A DNA stretch of 59,894 nucleotides, the filler included, from Sphacelaria rigidula (taxonomy: Eukaryota): the NCBI GenBank assembly GCA_964200075.2. It is 3 parts of 3 records of this genome, joined end to end, with 100 filler letters (N's around TTAATTAATTAA, not from the genome) between each part and the next. Parts side by side here need not be neighbours in the genome. Positions count along the whole stretch, not along the records: positions 1 to 19,900 come from CAXNAA020000592.1; positions 20,001 to 39,897 come from CAXNAA020000593.1; 1 more part is not named here. One strand, given 5' to 3'. Made by a program: the position numbers and the translations under genes. Below the pieces are notes generated by a model, which saw only the letters and a list, made by a program, of their open reading frames with translations, ran no database searches and was not told the origin of the DNA. Position 1 is the stretch's first letter. Every line of letters begins with the position of its first letter. This document shows positions 12,301 through 24,500 of the stretch, in pieces.

Positions 12301-14462
12301 TAATTCTCCACCTGACTTCTGCGGTGCATGCCTTTACTTTTATCGCGAGAGGGGTTCAGCAGTCCCTTTACCTCGTCGACCATTGAGTCGAATTTTGTGT
12401 ACCCACGACACAGTCGCTCTCCACCGTTGGGCACTGTGTGAGAAAAAATCCCACACCGCTCCGATATTTGAACCCACGACACAACCGTCAGAAGGTTTTG
12501 AGGTCACCAACTGAGCCACCGGGGCGACCGGCTCTACTGTTCTTGGTACATCACCGCCCTGCATTCGAAATACTGAATGTGCATGATACGACGGAGTAGC
12601 AGGATACCCCCCGCAACTAAGGGAGTGGCGAGCTGCAATTGTGTCGGGGGTGGAACGGGCCGACTGAAGGGAGAAGGAAATTCTCGTTCCGCAGTGATCA
12701 ACAATACAATGTGGAAGCGCCCGTGACAGTTTTTGACGGGAGGAGGGGGATATTGAAAAACGCAGAAGAAGGGATAAAAAGACCACAGTGCCAAACGCGT
12801 GTACTACCCGACAAAGGTCTCCAGACACACCATGAAATTGGGCGACACGATATGACGACATGTACTTATTCAGTGTGATATCATCAGCCACAAAAAAAAA
12901 AAAATGTAAACGCCAGAGGAGCGCTGCATCACAAGCATGATTATCGCTTTCTTCATGGGCTGACAACTCTGTGGATATGCGCATGATTTGGTCAACTGAA
13001 AGCTGGTAAGTTAAACTTGGAGACTCTTCTTGACTCTGAGCAATCGGGGGTACTAAGTCGGACCCGCAAGAATTTGCAGAGCATGGCACACCGTGTCTCC
13101 TTGTCTTCCCCGTTGCCGGCGCACGGGCGTGCCTTTCACATACCAAGTATGGACTTCTGTAGACCAAAACCTCACCTTCTCCTTCTTTTTCTCTCTCTTT
13201 CCTTCTGCTTTGCTGCCTTCTTCCTCAATCTCTCCGCTTTCTCTTCCTCCGCCTGCCGCCGCTGGGCCTCCTCGGTGACCGCATTGGCCACCGCCTTCTC
13301 CGACGGTTTTCTCTCACGGGTCTCGAGAAAACCCCAGTCCACATCCGGCGCCGCCTGGCGCAGAGCCGCAGGAACATCGCCGCCCCAGTGCTCCACGAGA
13401 GACCAAAACATGCGGGGGCTGCATCCAGCCATGTTGTGAGGCTTGAGCATCTCCCTGGACTCTGCATCGCGCGCGATCATGCGCACGACCGCCGCCACCT
13501 GCGCGGGGGGAATGCGGTCCACCGTCTCCTCGAACCGGCTCTTGGCGCCATCGCCTTTCGAAAACGACACTTTCAGCGCGACGGACTGACCGTCCCCGAG
13601 GCGTCGCTGCACGGTGTCCTCTTCGGCCGTGTACCACTTGCCCAACGCCGCGCGCACGCGCGCATCTGCCTTGCTCTGGTCATACTGCTTGTCGACGGCC
13701 AACCTCATGGCCTTTCGGAAAAACTTGTCGGCTGTGCCTTGTCCCCCGCCGCTAACCGCCCTGAGCAGCGTTTCCCCGATATCTGCCTCGCTCCTCAATG
13801 CCACTCCCGTGGCCGGTCGCACTCGCTTCCTGGACGACCCACCCCCCGGCGCAACCGCCGCGGCGGATTCTTCCACCGACCCGCCCCCCCTGCCCGCCGC
13901 AGTGGAACTGCCAAACCGGCCCCCAGATCTACTACCGAATAGAGTGCGAACTTGACCAGGAGGTGATGACCCGGAACCGCGCCCTCCACTGTGGCTTGAC
14001 GCCCCTACCCGTCTCCTCGCGGGAGAAGAAGCCAGAGGACCGTTGAGTGTATGGATGCCTGCTGGTGCCCCATTACCCCCGGCACCACTACTATTTCCAT
14101 TCCGCCCGCCGCTAGAGCTAACGCTGGCGCTCGCCACTCCTCCTGCATTTGTGCTTGCCTTCGCCTTTGTTTTACCTTTGGTCGACGGCATTGCGGCCAT
14201 TTCTTGGTTCGCTACACTGCTCACGTTCCCTGCGTCACTAGGCGCGGTAGAAGGTGTCGTCGATCGCGATGCCCGTGTGGAGGCGCGTGAGGCAGGAGCG
14301 ACCGTCGCTGCAGCAGCAGGTGTCTTCTTTCGGCGGGAACGACCCCAGCTGCCGCCTTTGGGATTGGCGACGCCGGTGGACTCGTCGGCCAGGCGGACAG
14401 TGAGATTTTCGTTGTCGGACAGCACAGACCCAATCGCGACGTCGTCTGCTAGATTGAGCGGT
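9379..14462 (-). CDS. Unknown protein with low-complexity N-terminal part, central globular domain, VIM motif and two C-terminal DUF4332/HhH-like repeats (5' exon(s) not found). Exons 14462-13176 (alternative acceptor 14538), 10666-10018, 9594-9379
   Basis: ORFs 13172-14536, 9814-10764 and 9379-9780 join in phase through canonical splice sites (...ERKRRR|REGIASD...; ...DDDVVE|ALEEVSV...WLELWISQ*). The acceptor at 14463 has a polypyrimidine tract and a branch-like CTGAT. Confidence 0.85.
11520..11930 (+). repeat. Dispersed non-coding repeat homologous to 24940-25363
   Basis: Collinear shared blocks TGCCAAGTTTGAGG, CCTGGGTCTT, CGGTTACT, GGAATTCG and AAATC(T/C)GGC.ATGTC, ending GGTC in both copies. 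Confidence 0.7.
12172..12531 (-). mobile_element. tRNA-derived SINE
   Basis: The minus strand starts GCCGGTCGCCCCGG TGGCTCAGTTGG (Pol III A box) and has an anticodon-like stem-loop AACC-TTCTGAC-GGTT and a B box GGTTCAAAT. A non-tRNA body and a (CA)n-like tail follow. It lies in an intron of gene 2. Confidence 0.8.
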
Positions 14463-14819
14463 CTGGCGATCCCGGAAGAGCGGGGGGGTGGGGGCATCAG
14501 TATATCGGGAGAGGGGAGGCGAGGGGCGGGAAGCAAAACTGTTCAGTATATGGTGAGATGAAACCGCACAGGCACGGTCATGTTGTATCTCCGAGTCTGT
14601 CCTTTCGGCTGGCATGAAATGAATTTGAGCTGGCACACCCAGCCCAGCTCGTCGGAGATCACCACGAGAGAAGACGTGAAAACTTTGGGTCCAACGATTG
14701 GGATACGCAAATTTGTCGAAATTAATTTTGGGCAATTTATTTTAATAGGGCGAGAATGTGGAGGCCAAAATACTTACAGTAGTGAAACTTCAACCGTGGT
14801 ATTCACTCGATCGGGATTC

Positions 14820-15600
14820 ATTCAGTAACGATTTGTCACCTTCACTCCTGAGCCTGAGAGTCAGTAGGCGGTTGGAAAAAGAAGCAGGTCGTGCTCAGGG
14901 CGCATTTCACAATTTTATGCTGCCCGAACGATACGACGTGAAACCCCGCCTAGACTTGGGGGTGTTATTGACCGCATATGATCCAAATACACGGTTCTTC
15001 GGCTGTAGCGCAATGAGTATCGAGAAAAGAGAAAAAGCAGAAGTCGTTCATTTGATCATTGAAACAATTCGCATCGGTTGGGTTGAGCGAAACATCAGGA
15101 GCGAGAAGCAGGGTTTGTAGACTCGTATGATCCCCAAAGACAGATGAGCCCGTATCTCGTTCAAATTAGTCGCAGTTTTTTTTTTCCCCTCGGAACCTGT
15201 GCCGGGTACTCATGTCTCTCGATTCCCAAAGTTTGGGTCAAACAGAAACCATGATGAGTCGAGGTAACCGAATAAGCCCAATGAATAAAAAAACTTCAAT
15301 CGAAAATGACAAGCTTGGACTTTGACTTCAATACGGCGAAGTAACTTGAATTGATGCACAAACTACGAAGGCATTCGCCAACGCCATCCAGGGTGACGAA
15401 TACTTTGCTGTGAACCCACGGAGTGCACCACTGATGTTGAGGAACCTTCTCCAGCCTGCCTTGTACATCCCTACTCGTGGAAATACAAGTGTGCCCGAGC
15501 GACTAACATTCTTCGCTGATTTATTGAATTGACAACGCTTGAATTCTGACGGATCGCGGGCGATGATTTCCCACCTCTGTGACGCATCGAAAGCGCCCAA
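14820..15600 (+). pseudogene. Possible degenerate hAT transposase relic
   Basis: LLTAYDPNTRF resembles the hAT A..LDPRFK motif. LYIPTRGNTSVPERLTFFADLLN*QRLNSDGSRAMISHL resembles the hAT C-terminal dimerization motif (LxIPATSxxSERxFS...RL). Interrupted by stops. Confidence 0.4.
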
Positions 15601-15819
15601 GAGTTGTGGAGGGATGGTGCGAATCTCGCCGACGAGAACTAGATTCTTGTTCCCGGACTGCCACGGCGAGAAGGATGAGGTTTTCCAGTTCTGCCAATGG
15701 CATTTCATCGCCAGAAATTATATGTGCACCCGTTTTTTTTTTCTTGATTCATTGTCGCACTTTAACTGACCCCCCGAGGCCCAGCCGTGGTCTCATGACA
15801 GATACACCATCGAAACTCA

Positions 15820-18067
15820 TCCGCACCCCGAGATAATGGCAAAAACACGTGCGGATGATCAGTGCCGCATGACCACCGCCCGACCGGGGTGACTTGGGTC
15901 ACACATTCAATCGGAGCCAGCACAGCCAACGCAGAGCACAACAGTAGTACAGCAACATGATATCGCTCTCATCTCTCTCACTACTTGTCGCGTGGCCGAC
16001 GTCCTTTTGCCTGCGTGACTTCCCACTGTCAGCTCAAGAAAAGAAAGAGTCTATGTTGATCGCTTCAAAACTCAAAAATCCATGCTCGCTTTCTTCCCAT
16101 CCATGTATAATGCACGACGACATATTATGAGGGGAAATGAGCTGCCGCTTTGTGTACCCAGCGGCACAGAAAACCGCAGGTAGAGAGCGTGGTGTGTACC
16201 GGAGCAGACAGCATCATGGCGACTGTATCATGCTCTTTTATTTGTGAGTTGTGTTCAGTCTATCGGTACCGTCATGTGCGCCCTACCGTCTCTATAGCAT
16301 CCGTTCGCTGTTTCGAAGAACATGGAGCACGTGTCACCCCCAGGGTGAGTCCTCTGTCTCTTTGGTAATTTGCTTACTTGAAAAATGAATGTAAGACCCA
16401 GGTCACCCACCCTGGAGTGTGATGGAATCTGATCCTCGAGTGATACCCATAGGCAAATAAGGGAAGGAGCGCAGCGGGAGAGGAAGAGAAGACTACACTG
16501 CACTGTATTGTACAGCATTGTGCTGTCCTGTGTGTCTTAGTTGGGCTTCCGTTTACCTACATTGCCATGTGTACCGTCCTGTGTGTACGTCATCACTCAT
16601 TTTGCTACAGACGGTACGGCGCACATGGAGGTACCGATAGACTCAACACAACCGAAAAGCGGAATAGAATAATACGGCGGCCATGATGCCGTCTGTTCCG
16701 GAACACGCCACGCTGTCTACCGTGGGTTGTCTGTGCCGCTGTGTACACAAGGCGGCAGCTCATTTCCGTTCATAATTTGTCGGCGTACATTATACCATTT
16801 TTTATGGCGACCAATCCCGAATCTGGCGGGACCCCAATCTGTGCCAAATCAGGGGGACCCAGATGCACGAAACTCAGATCCGTATGTACCCCCATTGGAT
16901 CCACTTTTTTAGCAACGAATCTCAAATGCGTGGACTTAAAATCGGGGTGACCGTTTTATGGTACAGACAGTACAGTGCAGTATCACATATTTGTGAAGCG
17001 GTTCTGTACAGTCATTTTCTGCATAAGTGTGATAATGCGTACTCGTGCATGACGCCGAAGAGCAGGCAGGCGGTCAACAATCCTTCGAGTACTACAGTGC
17101 AGGATACTACATTAGTACAGTACATGATAATGCCGTGTGGTAGTACATGATGGCACAGCCGACATTGCGAGAACAGATAACAGTGCGCGAGTAGAGTTCA
17201 GTAGTACAGTGCCGTACATCACCCCTCAGGTACAGCGACAACAGCTAGGAGAGTACAGTAGCGTTCGCTATAGTGATGCATATGGCAGCGCAGCGCAGCA
17301 TAAAATATTACCATCGCCGCAGGGTACGGCGTTAGCACTTATTACCCGCTTGTCAAACCCCGTGCGAAGTTGCTTCAGCTGGGGCGGGCAGTAGGCACGC
17401 CCTGTGCTGTCACGAGACTGTCTTCTGCTGCCGTCGCAAAAATATCAAACGCCTCGTACTCTAGCATTGTACGTCAATGCACGTACGTCACCTCAAAAAA
17501 ATCGGGGGAAATCACGATCTCGGAACGATTTCCCCCGATTTTTTCGAAAAATCCAGGGAACCGTTCCGAGATCGGGACTCCCGATTTTTTCGCTCCCGAT
17601 TTGGTCCAAAATTCGTATCCATAAAATGCGTTTCCCGATTTTTTTTCCCCCGATACTTGAAAAAATCGAGATGCGTGCCTGCCATAAAAGTGGGTCTAAT
17701 AGGAGTTTCCCGATCGAGAGTCCCCGGTCTGCATATCGAGATTAGTGTCTGCCATTAAAAATATATATGTATATATATGCATAGTGAGAAGTAAGCGAGC
17801 ATGGAATGTTGAGCTTTGAAATAATCAACACATATCACTTTTTTTATTCTCGAGCTGGCAGTGGAAAGTTACGCAGACAAAAGGAAGTTGGCCACGCGAC
17901 GAGTAGTGAGAGATGAGAGAGTGCAACATCATCTCACCATACTAATGCACTGTACTCTGTGTTGGTTGCGTTGGCTCCGAATGAAAGTGTGACCCAGGTC
18001 ACCACGGTCGTGGTGGTCATGCGGCACTGATCAGCCGCACGAGTTTTTGGGATTATTTCAGGGTGCG
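15820..18067. mobile_element. Foldback-type non-autonomous element with ~480-bp imperfect terminal inverted repeats; right arm split by an insertion
   Basis: 15820-16110 is the reverse complement of ~17775-18067 (e.g. GATCAGTGCCGCATGACCACC vs GGTGGTCATGCGGCACTGATC). 16112-16300 is the reverse complement of 16602-16790 (e.g. AGTCTATCGGTACC vs GGTACCGATAGACT). Confidence 0.85.
16797..17762. mobile_element. MITE-like insertion with short imperfect TIRs and repeated AAAATCGGG/CCCGATTTT subterminal motifs
   Basis: ATTTTTTATGGCGACCAATCCCGA... at the left end matches the reverse complement of ...TCGAGATTAGTGTCTGCCATTAAAAAT at the right end. TA-rich insertion site. Dense ATCGGG/CCCGAT repeats at 17495-17720. 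Confidence 0.6.
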
Positions 18068-18559
18068 CCAAGGGGCCCCAAAAAAAACTCCGAGACCCTA
18101 TTCCCCCCCCCCCCCCTCCCCCTCCGGCGGTCGTAGGATTTATATCTTCTTCACATTGAGAAACACTCAATAAATAGTAATTTGGGGGCGACTTGGGTGA
18201 GGTAGCGCCCATGATTGTTGGTCCTGTTTGCCACTACAAGATGCGACGCACACTGAACGCAAATTGGCGGTGCAGATAGATGGGTTTAGCTTGTTTGAGC
18301 AAGCATTGCAGAGAATTGTGGTATATGTCTGATCTTGTTCTTGTCGTGGAAGTGTGATGTGCAATGTATTGCCGAAACCCATATATATATGACTTGGCCT
18401 TACTTGGCTCCGAAAGTATGCGAAGAATTGATCCTTTTGGGACCGGGCCTCCAGAACGACCAATGAGGCCAGTGTTGCGCCAAAAAAAAAAGAGTCAAAC
18501 GTGTGCCGATTTTCGCGTACAAGAGTCATCATATAAAATATCAGCTTAGAGGATCCCCA

Positions 18560-18790
18560 AAGTAGGTCTAATCCATACGAGCCAGGCGCTCCTCGGGAAG
18601 GACCTACGGCCCAACACGCGGCATATCTGAACGGCTATGTTTGAGGCTGAATCGTCGGCGCAAGTTGCACGCTGAAAACGTGATTATGTCCCGCGTTCGG
18701 TGGTGTGCATGGTGTTGCTCGGTACGGGTGCCTTGCGGGCCGCATGGCACGCCGACAGTTGGCGGCCATGGTTCGCGTTCCCATCTGTCA
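18560..18790 (-). repeat. Dispersed repeat; inverted copy of 43450-43720
   Basis: CCCGTACCGAGCA.CACCAT.CACACCACCGAA, GTGCAACTTG and TTCAGATATGC.GC.TGTTGGGCCGTAGG are shared. Confidence 0.8.
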
Positions 18791-19900
18791 CCACGCCTGG
18801 GGTGTAGTATGTGGACTGTGCAATCCGTCTGAAAAAGAAGCATCTCAATTGCTTTCAGCACAAACGAGAACGCCATGATCGTTTGCATGCATGCCTGGCG
18901 GCGCAGCTAGTGGCTTTCAAATTTGAAAACTCTGTCTCGACCATAACAAAGTGCAGAATAATTGTGATGCAATGTACTGTCTGTACTGTCTGTACTGCAT
19001 TTGACAGTACCGTACTACTGCGTAACTCAGTAACCAGGGCGTAACTGAATCTCGTATTTATTTGGATACTTCCCTGCGGTAAATTCCCAATTTTCAGAGC
19101 AACTTTCGTTGTGGGTTTTTCACCTGCGACTTCGCGTTCCCTCATAAAACTTTGCACACGAGTCGGACACAACACAGGCAACATATGCGCCAAGCGCCCG
19201 CACGATCGGGCCCCGCACAAATGACTAAGATGGTCTCAAGCAATTTCGGGGAATGTCGTCGATGCGCCCTCAAAGCGGCTATCCCGCAGTCCAGACTTCG
19301 TGCACTAGAGATGAATGCATATATGCACGCGCACGTCCACAAATTTCGACATCTTGAGCGGCTGGGTGGCCGATATTGTAGCAAACTGACACCGGTGACC
19401 CTTTCTGGATCATGACCATCGATATTGTACCGATCGGCATACTGTCTGCAGAGGTGCGCAGTTCATGACGCACGGCCTTACGCGCGCTATAGACGGTGAA
19501 AGGTGCTGTAAGTTCGGCCATATGTTATGATAACCACAGTCAACAGTTCCACATCACTACCTCTGGTGCTGCGCGTTGCAGAAGTGCGCACAAGGGGGGA
19601 AAGCGGTCAAATTATGTTCCGATTTTTTTTTCTTCTTTTGGCGCAACACGGGGCTGGTCAGGAATCACGTGTCTGGTGTCTGCACCAAACAGTGGCGTGT
19701 TGCTGAAAACCCGCGTATGTAACCGCAGGGTTATGACAAAGACCGAAAGTTTCATCCAATCTATTTTCGGATGCAGGGTGCGCACTAGGTGATGTACATC
19801 TGATGTAGCAAGCAGTATGGGTCGCCGTAGAGAGCTTCCAACAGGATGCGGCGACCGGCGGGCCGCCCGCCGCTTGTGGCTTTGGATGATACTTTTGTCC

Positions 19901-20000
19901 NNNNNNNNNNNNNNNNNNNNNNNNNNNNNNNNNNNNNNNNNNNNTTAATTAATTAANNNNNNNNNNNNNNNNNNNNNNNNNNNNNNNNNNNNNNNNNNNN
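19901..20000. other. Artificial contig spacer
   Basis: 44 N + TTAATTAATTAA (stops in all six frames) + 44 N. Confidence 0.97.
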
Positions 20001-21130
20001 CAAGAAACTGTTCTTGGGATGCACACATGAACAAAGTAATAGAAAAGGGTAAGGCACAGATAGGCCGGTTGGACGTGATCCTCAGAGACCCGTGTGTAGA
20101 CACTGGGATCAAGAGATGTATCGTGATGTACGTGATCGTACCAAAGCTGGAATATGCGGGAGGAGTATGGGAGGGGAGGGTGAAGTTGGTGGAGAGACTG
20201 GAAACAGTACAGATGACAGCAACTAAGAATACACTTGGATGCTCGAAAACGAGGAGTGATACAGCTTTGAGAGCAGAGTTGGGATTGTCCTCACTTAAAA
20301 CAAACAAAGACACGGGGAAATTGCGATGGCAGTACAGCGTAAAGAAGATGCAGAGAAAGACACCCAGCTATAGTTGACAGGGCTGTATGGAAGAAAAGTA
20401 CGAAAGGGCGCGCTATAAGGTGGGCTAGAGAAGTCGAGAAAATATGGAAGGAGATAGACGGAAATCAAGACAAGATACTGCCCATAGGTGAAGACGCGGC
20501 GTACAAGGCGAAAGTAAGAGACATGATCGATATAAGGGGGAAAGGAGCGCTTCGACGCAAGGTAGATGAGGAAGAACACCTGGAGATATACGGGTGGTTG
20601 AGAGAGGGGATCGGAATGAAAGCATATTTGCATGGCCCAATTGACGCTGCGAAAAATATGAAATTGCGATTTCGGATGGGGGGCCTGGACCTGCCAGAAA
20701 GAATGAGACATACCAGTAGTCGAAAGGAGGAGAAAGCAGATGGACAGAAATGCCGCTGTGGCGAAGGAATAGAGAGCAGAAGTCATATAGTGGCAGAATA
20801 TGAACTATACGAGGAGGAACGGGACGTGCTAAAGGGGGAAATGCGGGACGTGAACGAAGGTGGGACGAAATCGTTTGATGCATTAGGCAAGAGCGAGAAA
20901 ACGATGGGTATACTAGGAGATAGATGGCGGCCAGAGACGGCGAAACAGGACGGGCATGAAATATGTCAAAAGGTTTTGTGTAAGGAACGTAATGAGCTGC
21001 GGAAGAAACGTAATGAGCGCCGGAATGTTGGAGGCGTCTCGATTAGGAGTAGCAACGGTGCTCCGTCTCGAAAGGGATCGTGGTCAATGGTCAAACGACT
21101 GAGACAAGCAACAAATGAGTACGCCGCCAG
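20001..21130 (+). mobile_element. Non-LTR retrotransposon (LINE family A), degenerate post-RT C-terminal region and 3' end
   Basis: Translation SWDAHMNKVIEKGK...IVPKLEYAGGVW...LETVQ...ALRAELGL...KLRFRMG is typical of the region downstream of LINE RT. Frameshifted. Confidence 0.8.
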
Positions 21131-21582
21131 ATATTACTTGTGGACGGGCAACCCGTTGCGCCTGGTGAGGGCAAACCATATTGGACACCAGAGGCCAGGG
21201 CGATACATGACAACGGCGCATAGAGTGTGTACTAGAGTCTAGCGTGATTCAAGCGAGACTTCTGTGTGCCGAACGGCAGGAGATTAAGTATATGTAGGAT
21301 ATAGGACGCCTATGCTGGAGCAGAGTGATGGCTGTCTTCCAAAACAATATTTCCGAGTCGTTTTGGATGCCTACACTCTCGTACGCTGCACACAGATTCG
21401 CCCTGAATGCACTCGCCCGTCAGTTCATCGAGCTTGTACATGGTTGTTTGTGAAGCGCGCCTCGTGTTCCCTTGTCCACGACAAACGATCTCAGTGATGC
21501 GGAAGTGCCCGACACTCACATGAAAGAGTGCTTGTGGAGGCTCACCGATCTGATGCACATCGCGATCTTGTTTCGGAAACAG

Positions 21583-24500
21583 GTCCCACTTTGGAAGTCA
21601 ACGACACCATGGTATTAAATCCTACGGCCAACTACCTTTCCGGCTGCTACGACTGCAGTGAATACGCGAACGGTGAGAACGGCAACGATTCGTTTCCATG
21701 AGGAGAGTACCATTTCGGAGATACGTAGAGTAGCACGATCATCAGGGCCTTTGTGGCTGCGACGGCTGCCGGAGGAGCGGGAAACCTCAGGGCTACGGGA
21801 GGGAAAGCATATCGAATCGGGTTTCACTCATCCCCCCTCGCACCCTCTCGCAACAAATCGACACGCCTTCTCGTTTTTACATCTTCATCCAGGCTCCGCC
21901 GTTGTTCGAGATCGACTCCCAGCTCCCCTTCTTGAATCGGCTCGATTCGCAAACGCAGGTTCGCAGGTGAGATGTATGATAACTTTTTAGAGAATCGGGT
22001 ACAAACAACAAGAGCTGGCATTCAGGCTTGTAGTGCAAATATTTATTTATGGGGGTACGCACGAAGGGGGGTATATGTGCGTCGTGTGTACTTTTGCCAT
22101 GGCTACGTTTTTTTTGTCGATGAGGTACAGGTAAGGAGAGCCTATTTTTTGTTGATGGCCTGTATGTCCTCGTCAGGTAATTATTGAGTTCACCGGAAGC
22201 GATAGTTCTCAGGAAATCAACGGCTCCTACTCAGCGGTGCCCTGCGAGGACGTATTCTCTGCGGCTTCGGCGTCAACGCTGGGTATTGGCTGCACCAGTC
22301 AATTTTCATCTCCGTCAACATTAATGGTGAGACTGTGAATAGAAAAATAAATGCACACGTCTCTCATGACGTGGGGATGGATGGCAATCGTGTGGAATGC
22401 CGAAATTCTGGGGACTGTAAGCTTTTTTTGAGGTTAAACCTTCCACTCCTATATTCCTCGTTTGCAGGGTGGTTCCGAAACACTCACTGACTGAAGCGGC
22501 TGTGGGTATGTACGTTCACTTTAACAGGTTACTCTAGGGAAAATGTTTGATCTCCGGCCTTCAACATTGTCGCACTGCACTGATGGAGATGGCACGTCTA
22601 TCTTCCTGCGGAACGACACGGTGCGGACAGAGGTAAGGCAATCCTCAAATATCCCCGTATTCACCCGCAGACGATACAACGTTTCACATATGGAGCCAAA
22701 CAGGTTTCTTGAGATGGATACGACGACAATGTCATTTCCAGAGAGATTGGTGATATGCGTGTTACGTTTCAATACATCTGTGCACAAGTTGCTGACAGTA
22801 TTTGCCTCAAGGCATCGCGCCGGTCGAAACATCGTGCACGTCAAACAGAGATAAGCGGGTGAAGAGTGCATCTTCGTAAAGACTTTGCCAGCTGAACAAG
22901 CTCCTCCATCTGCACTGACTTCCCCATGCTGCACTTTCAGAACTCGCTCCGCTTCCGGACCGAACTTTTTTGTTTACGCGCTCCATCCCATCGCCAGATG
23001 CTTTGTGGTGGGCATGATAATAACCTCTGGTGATCGCTGTTATCTACACGCGTACCGGTACAATATGCACGAACAAAGCAGATCGGGGCACTCCTATCTA
23101 CGCCAGGAAACTGCGTGGCGGTGAATAACGCCACAGACATGTCTTCTCCGGTCATGACAATATTCGCCGCACGCGTGGTCGGATCTTGTGACGACGTGAA
23201 CCTGGAAGCCAACGTCAATTTCGCCTTGTCAGGTAAACACGTGCAAGTGACCACTTTTGGCGCTCTCGCGCTACCCGGTCACCGCCAAGCGTGCTCTTGC
23301 ACCGTCTCAGCAACCTCTCGGCAAAAGCACACGAAACCTCTTGTCATGATCTCAACGACGCCCACAATACATCACACGCTCATAGCCGAATAATACTGCA
23401 CATAATTCGTCAATAACGGCCACCCGTGAAATACCCGTGCCACGTGGGTAGCGAAAGAAACTGTATCTCGTTCGAGGGGAGGCAGCTCACGGTTCAATGT
23501 CCTAAGCACGTCAGATGAAGTGCAAGAACGGACAGAGGACATCAACACACGGTCAAAATCGAGATCGGCTGAGGTCATGACGGGTACAGGCGGGGAAAAG
23601 GGGGAGGGTGTACACATTCGTTGCTTACCTTGGTCGTTTGCTCATTGACCACGCATCCCTTTCGAGTCGGAACACCGTTCCGACTCCTAATAAATAGAGA
23701 CACCTCCAAAATTTAGGTGCTCATTACGTTTCTTGCATAGATTACACACAAAAGCCGTTTACATATCGTACCTCCTTCCTGTATCGCTGTCTGCGATCAC
23801 CATCTATCTCCCAGTATATTGATCGTGTTCTCGCTACTGTCTAATGCATCAAACGATTCATGCCACCTTCGTTCCCTCTCCACATTGTCTTTCTCACACG
23901 TCCCATGCCTCCGTGCATAGTTCACATTCTGCCACTTTATACTAGTTCTACAGGCTGGTTCAGGCTTATCACCCAGAAAACACTCATCGACAATACCTCA
24001 CGTCGTTTCAAGGAGCTAGATGTTACATGGGGCATTACGCAACTGTCGGAGGTCGAGGTTTTTCGACGTTTTGACTTTTCCCACCACTTTTCGGGGGACC
24101 CAGATTTTTCGGGGAAACATCGATCTAATCGGACCCCCGTAAAACGGTAAAGAAAAAAATATGAGAACACCTCGTTCATCCAAAGTTGCGTAGTGATCCA
24201 TAGCACAGTTGTGCAAAACTTCAGGGTCTAACTTCTTCAAACGGCGTGAGTGTTTTCGCTTTTGTGCGATGAACTTGAACGTGCCGCTGTGAAACCGCAA
24301 ACCACTTGGTTTGAGTACGAAAACGGCGTTTTTGGGCCCTCTTTGACGTGAACATGAAAATTCAAGCATCAGCTGATCGATTTTCGCAACGAAATTTTGT
24401 GGAGCCCTCCCTTGGGTTATGCGGCGACAGCTCGTTTGCGAAAAAATGGAAACAAAATCGTAATGCAGGTTTTTTGGGGTCCCAGAATGGAGACTACTTC

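Noticed and set aside
12455..12531. Functional tRNA gene
   Set aside because: No proper acceptor stem or T-arm closure, and it continues into a SINE body and tail.
13017..14735. Overlapping long ORFs on the plus strand and in alternative frames
   Set aside because: Shadows of the GC-rich exon of gene 2.
19279..19521. ORF as the first exon of gene 2
   Set aside because: No donor in the required phase at a plausible position; unsupported.
19945..19956. TTAATTAATTAA as a biological site (also 39942-39953)
   Set aside because: Embedded symmetrically in N runs; an assembly linker.
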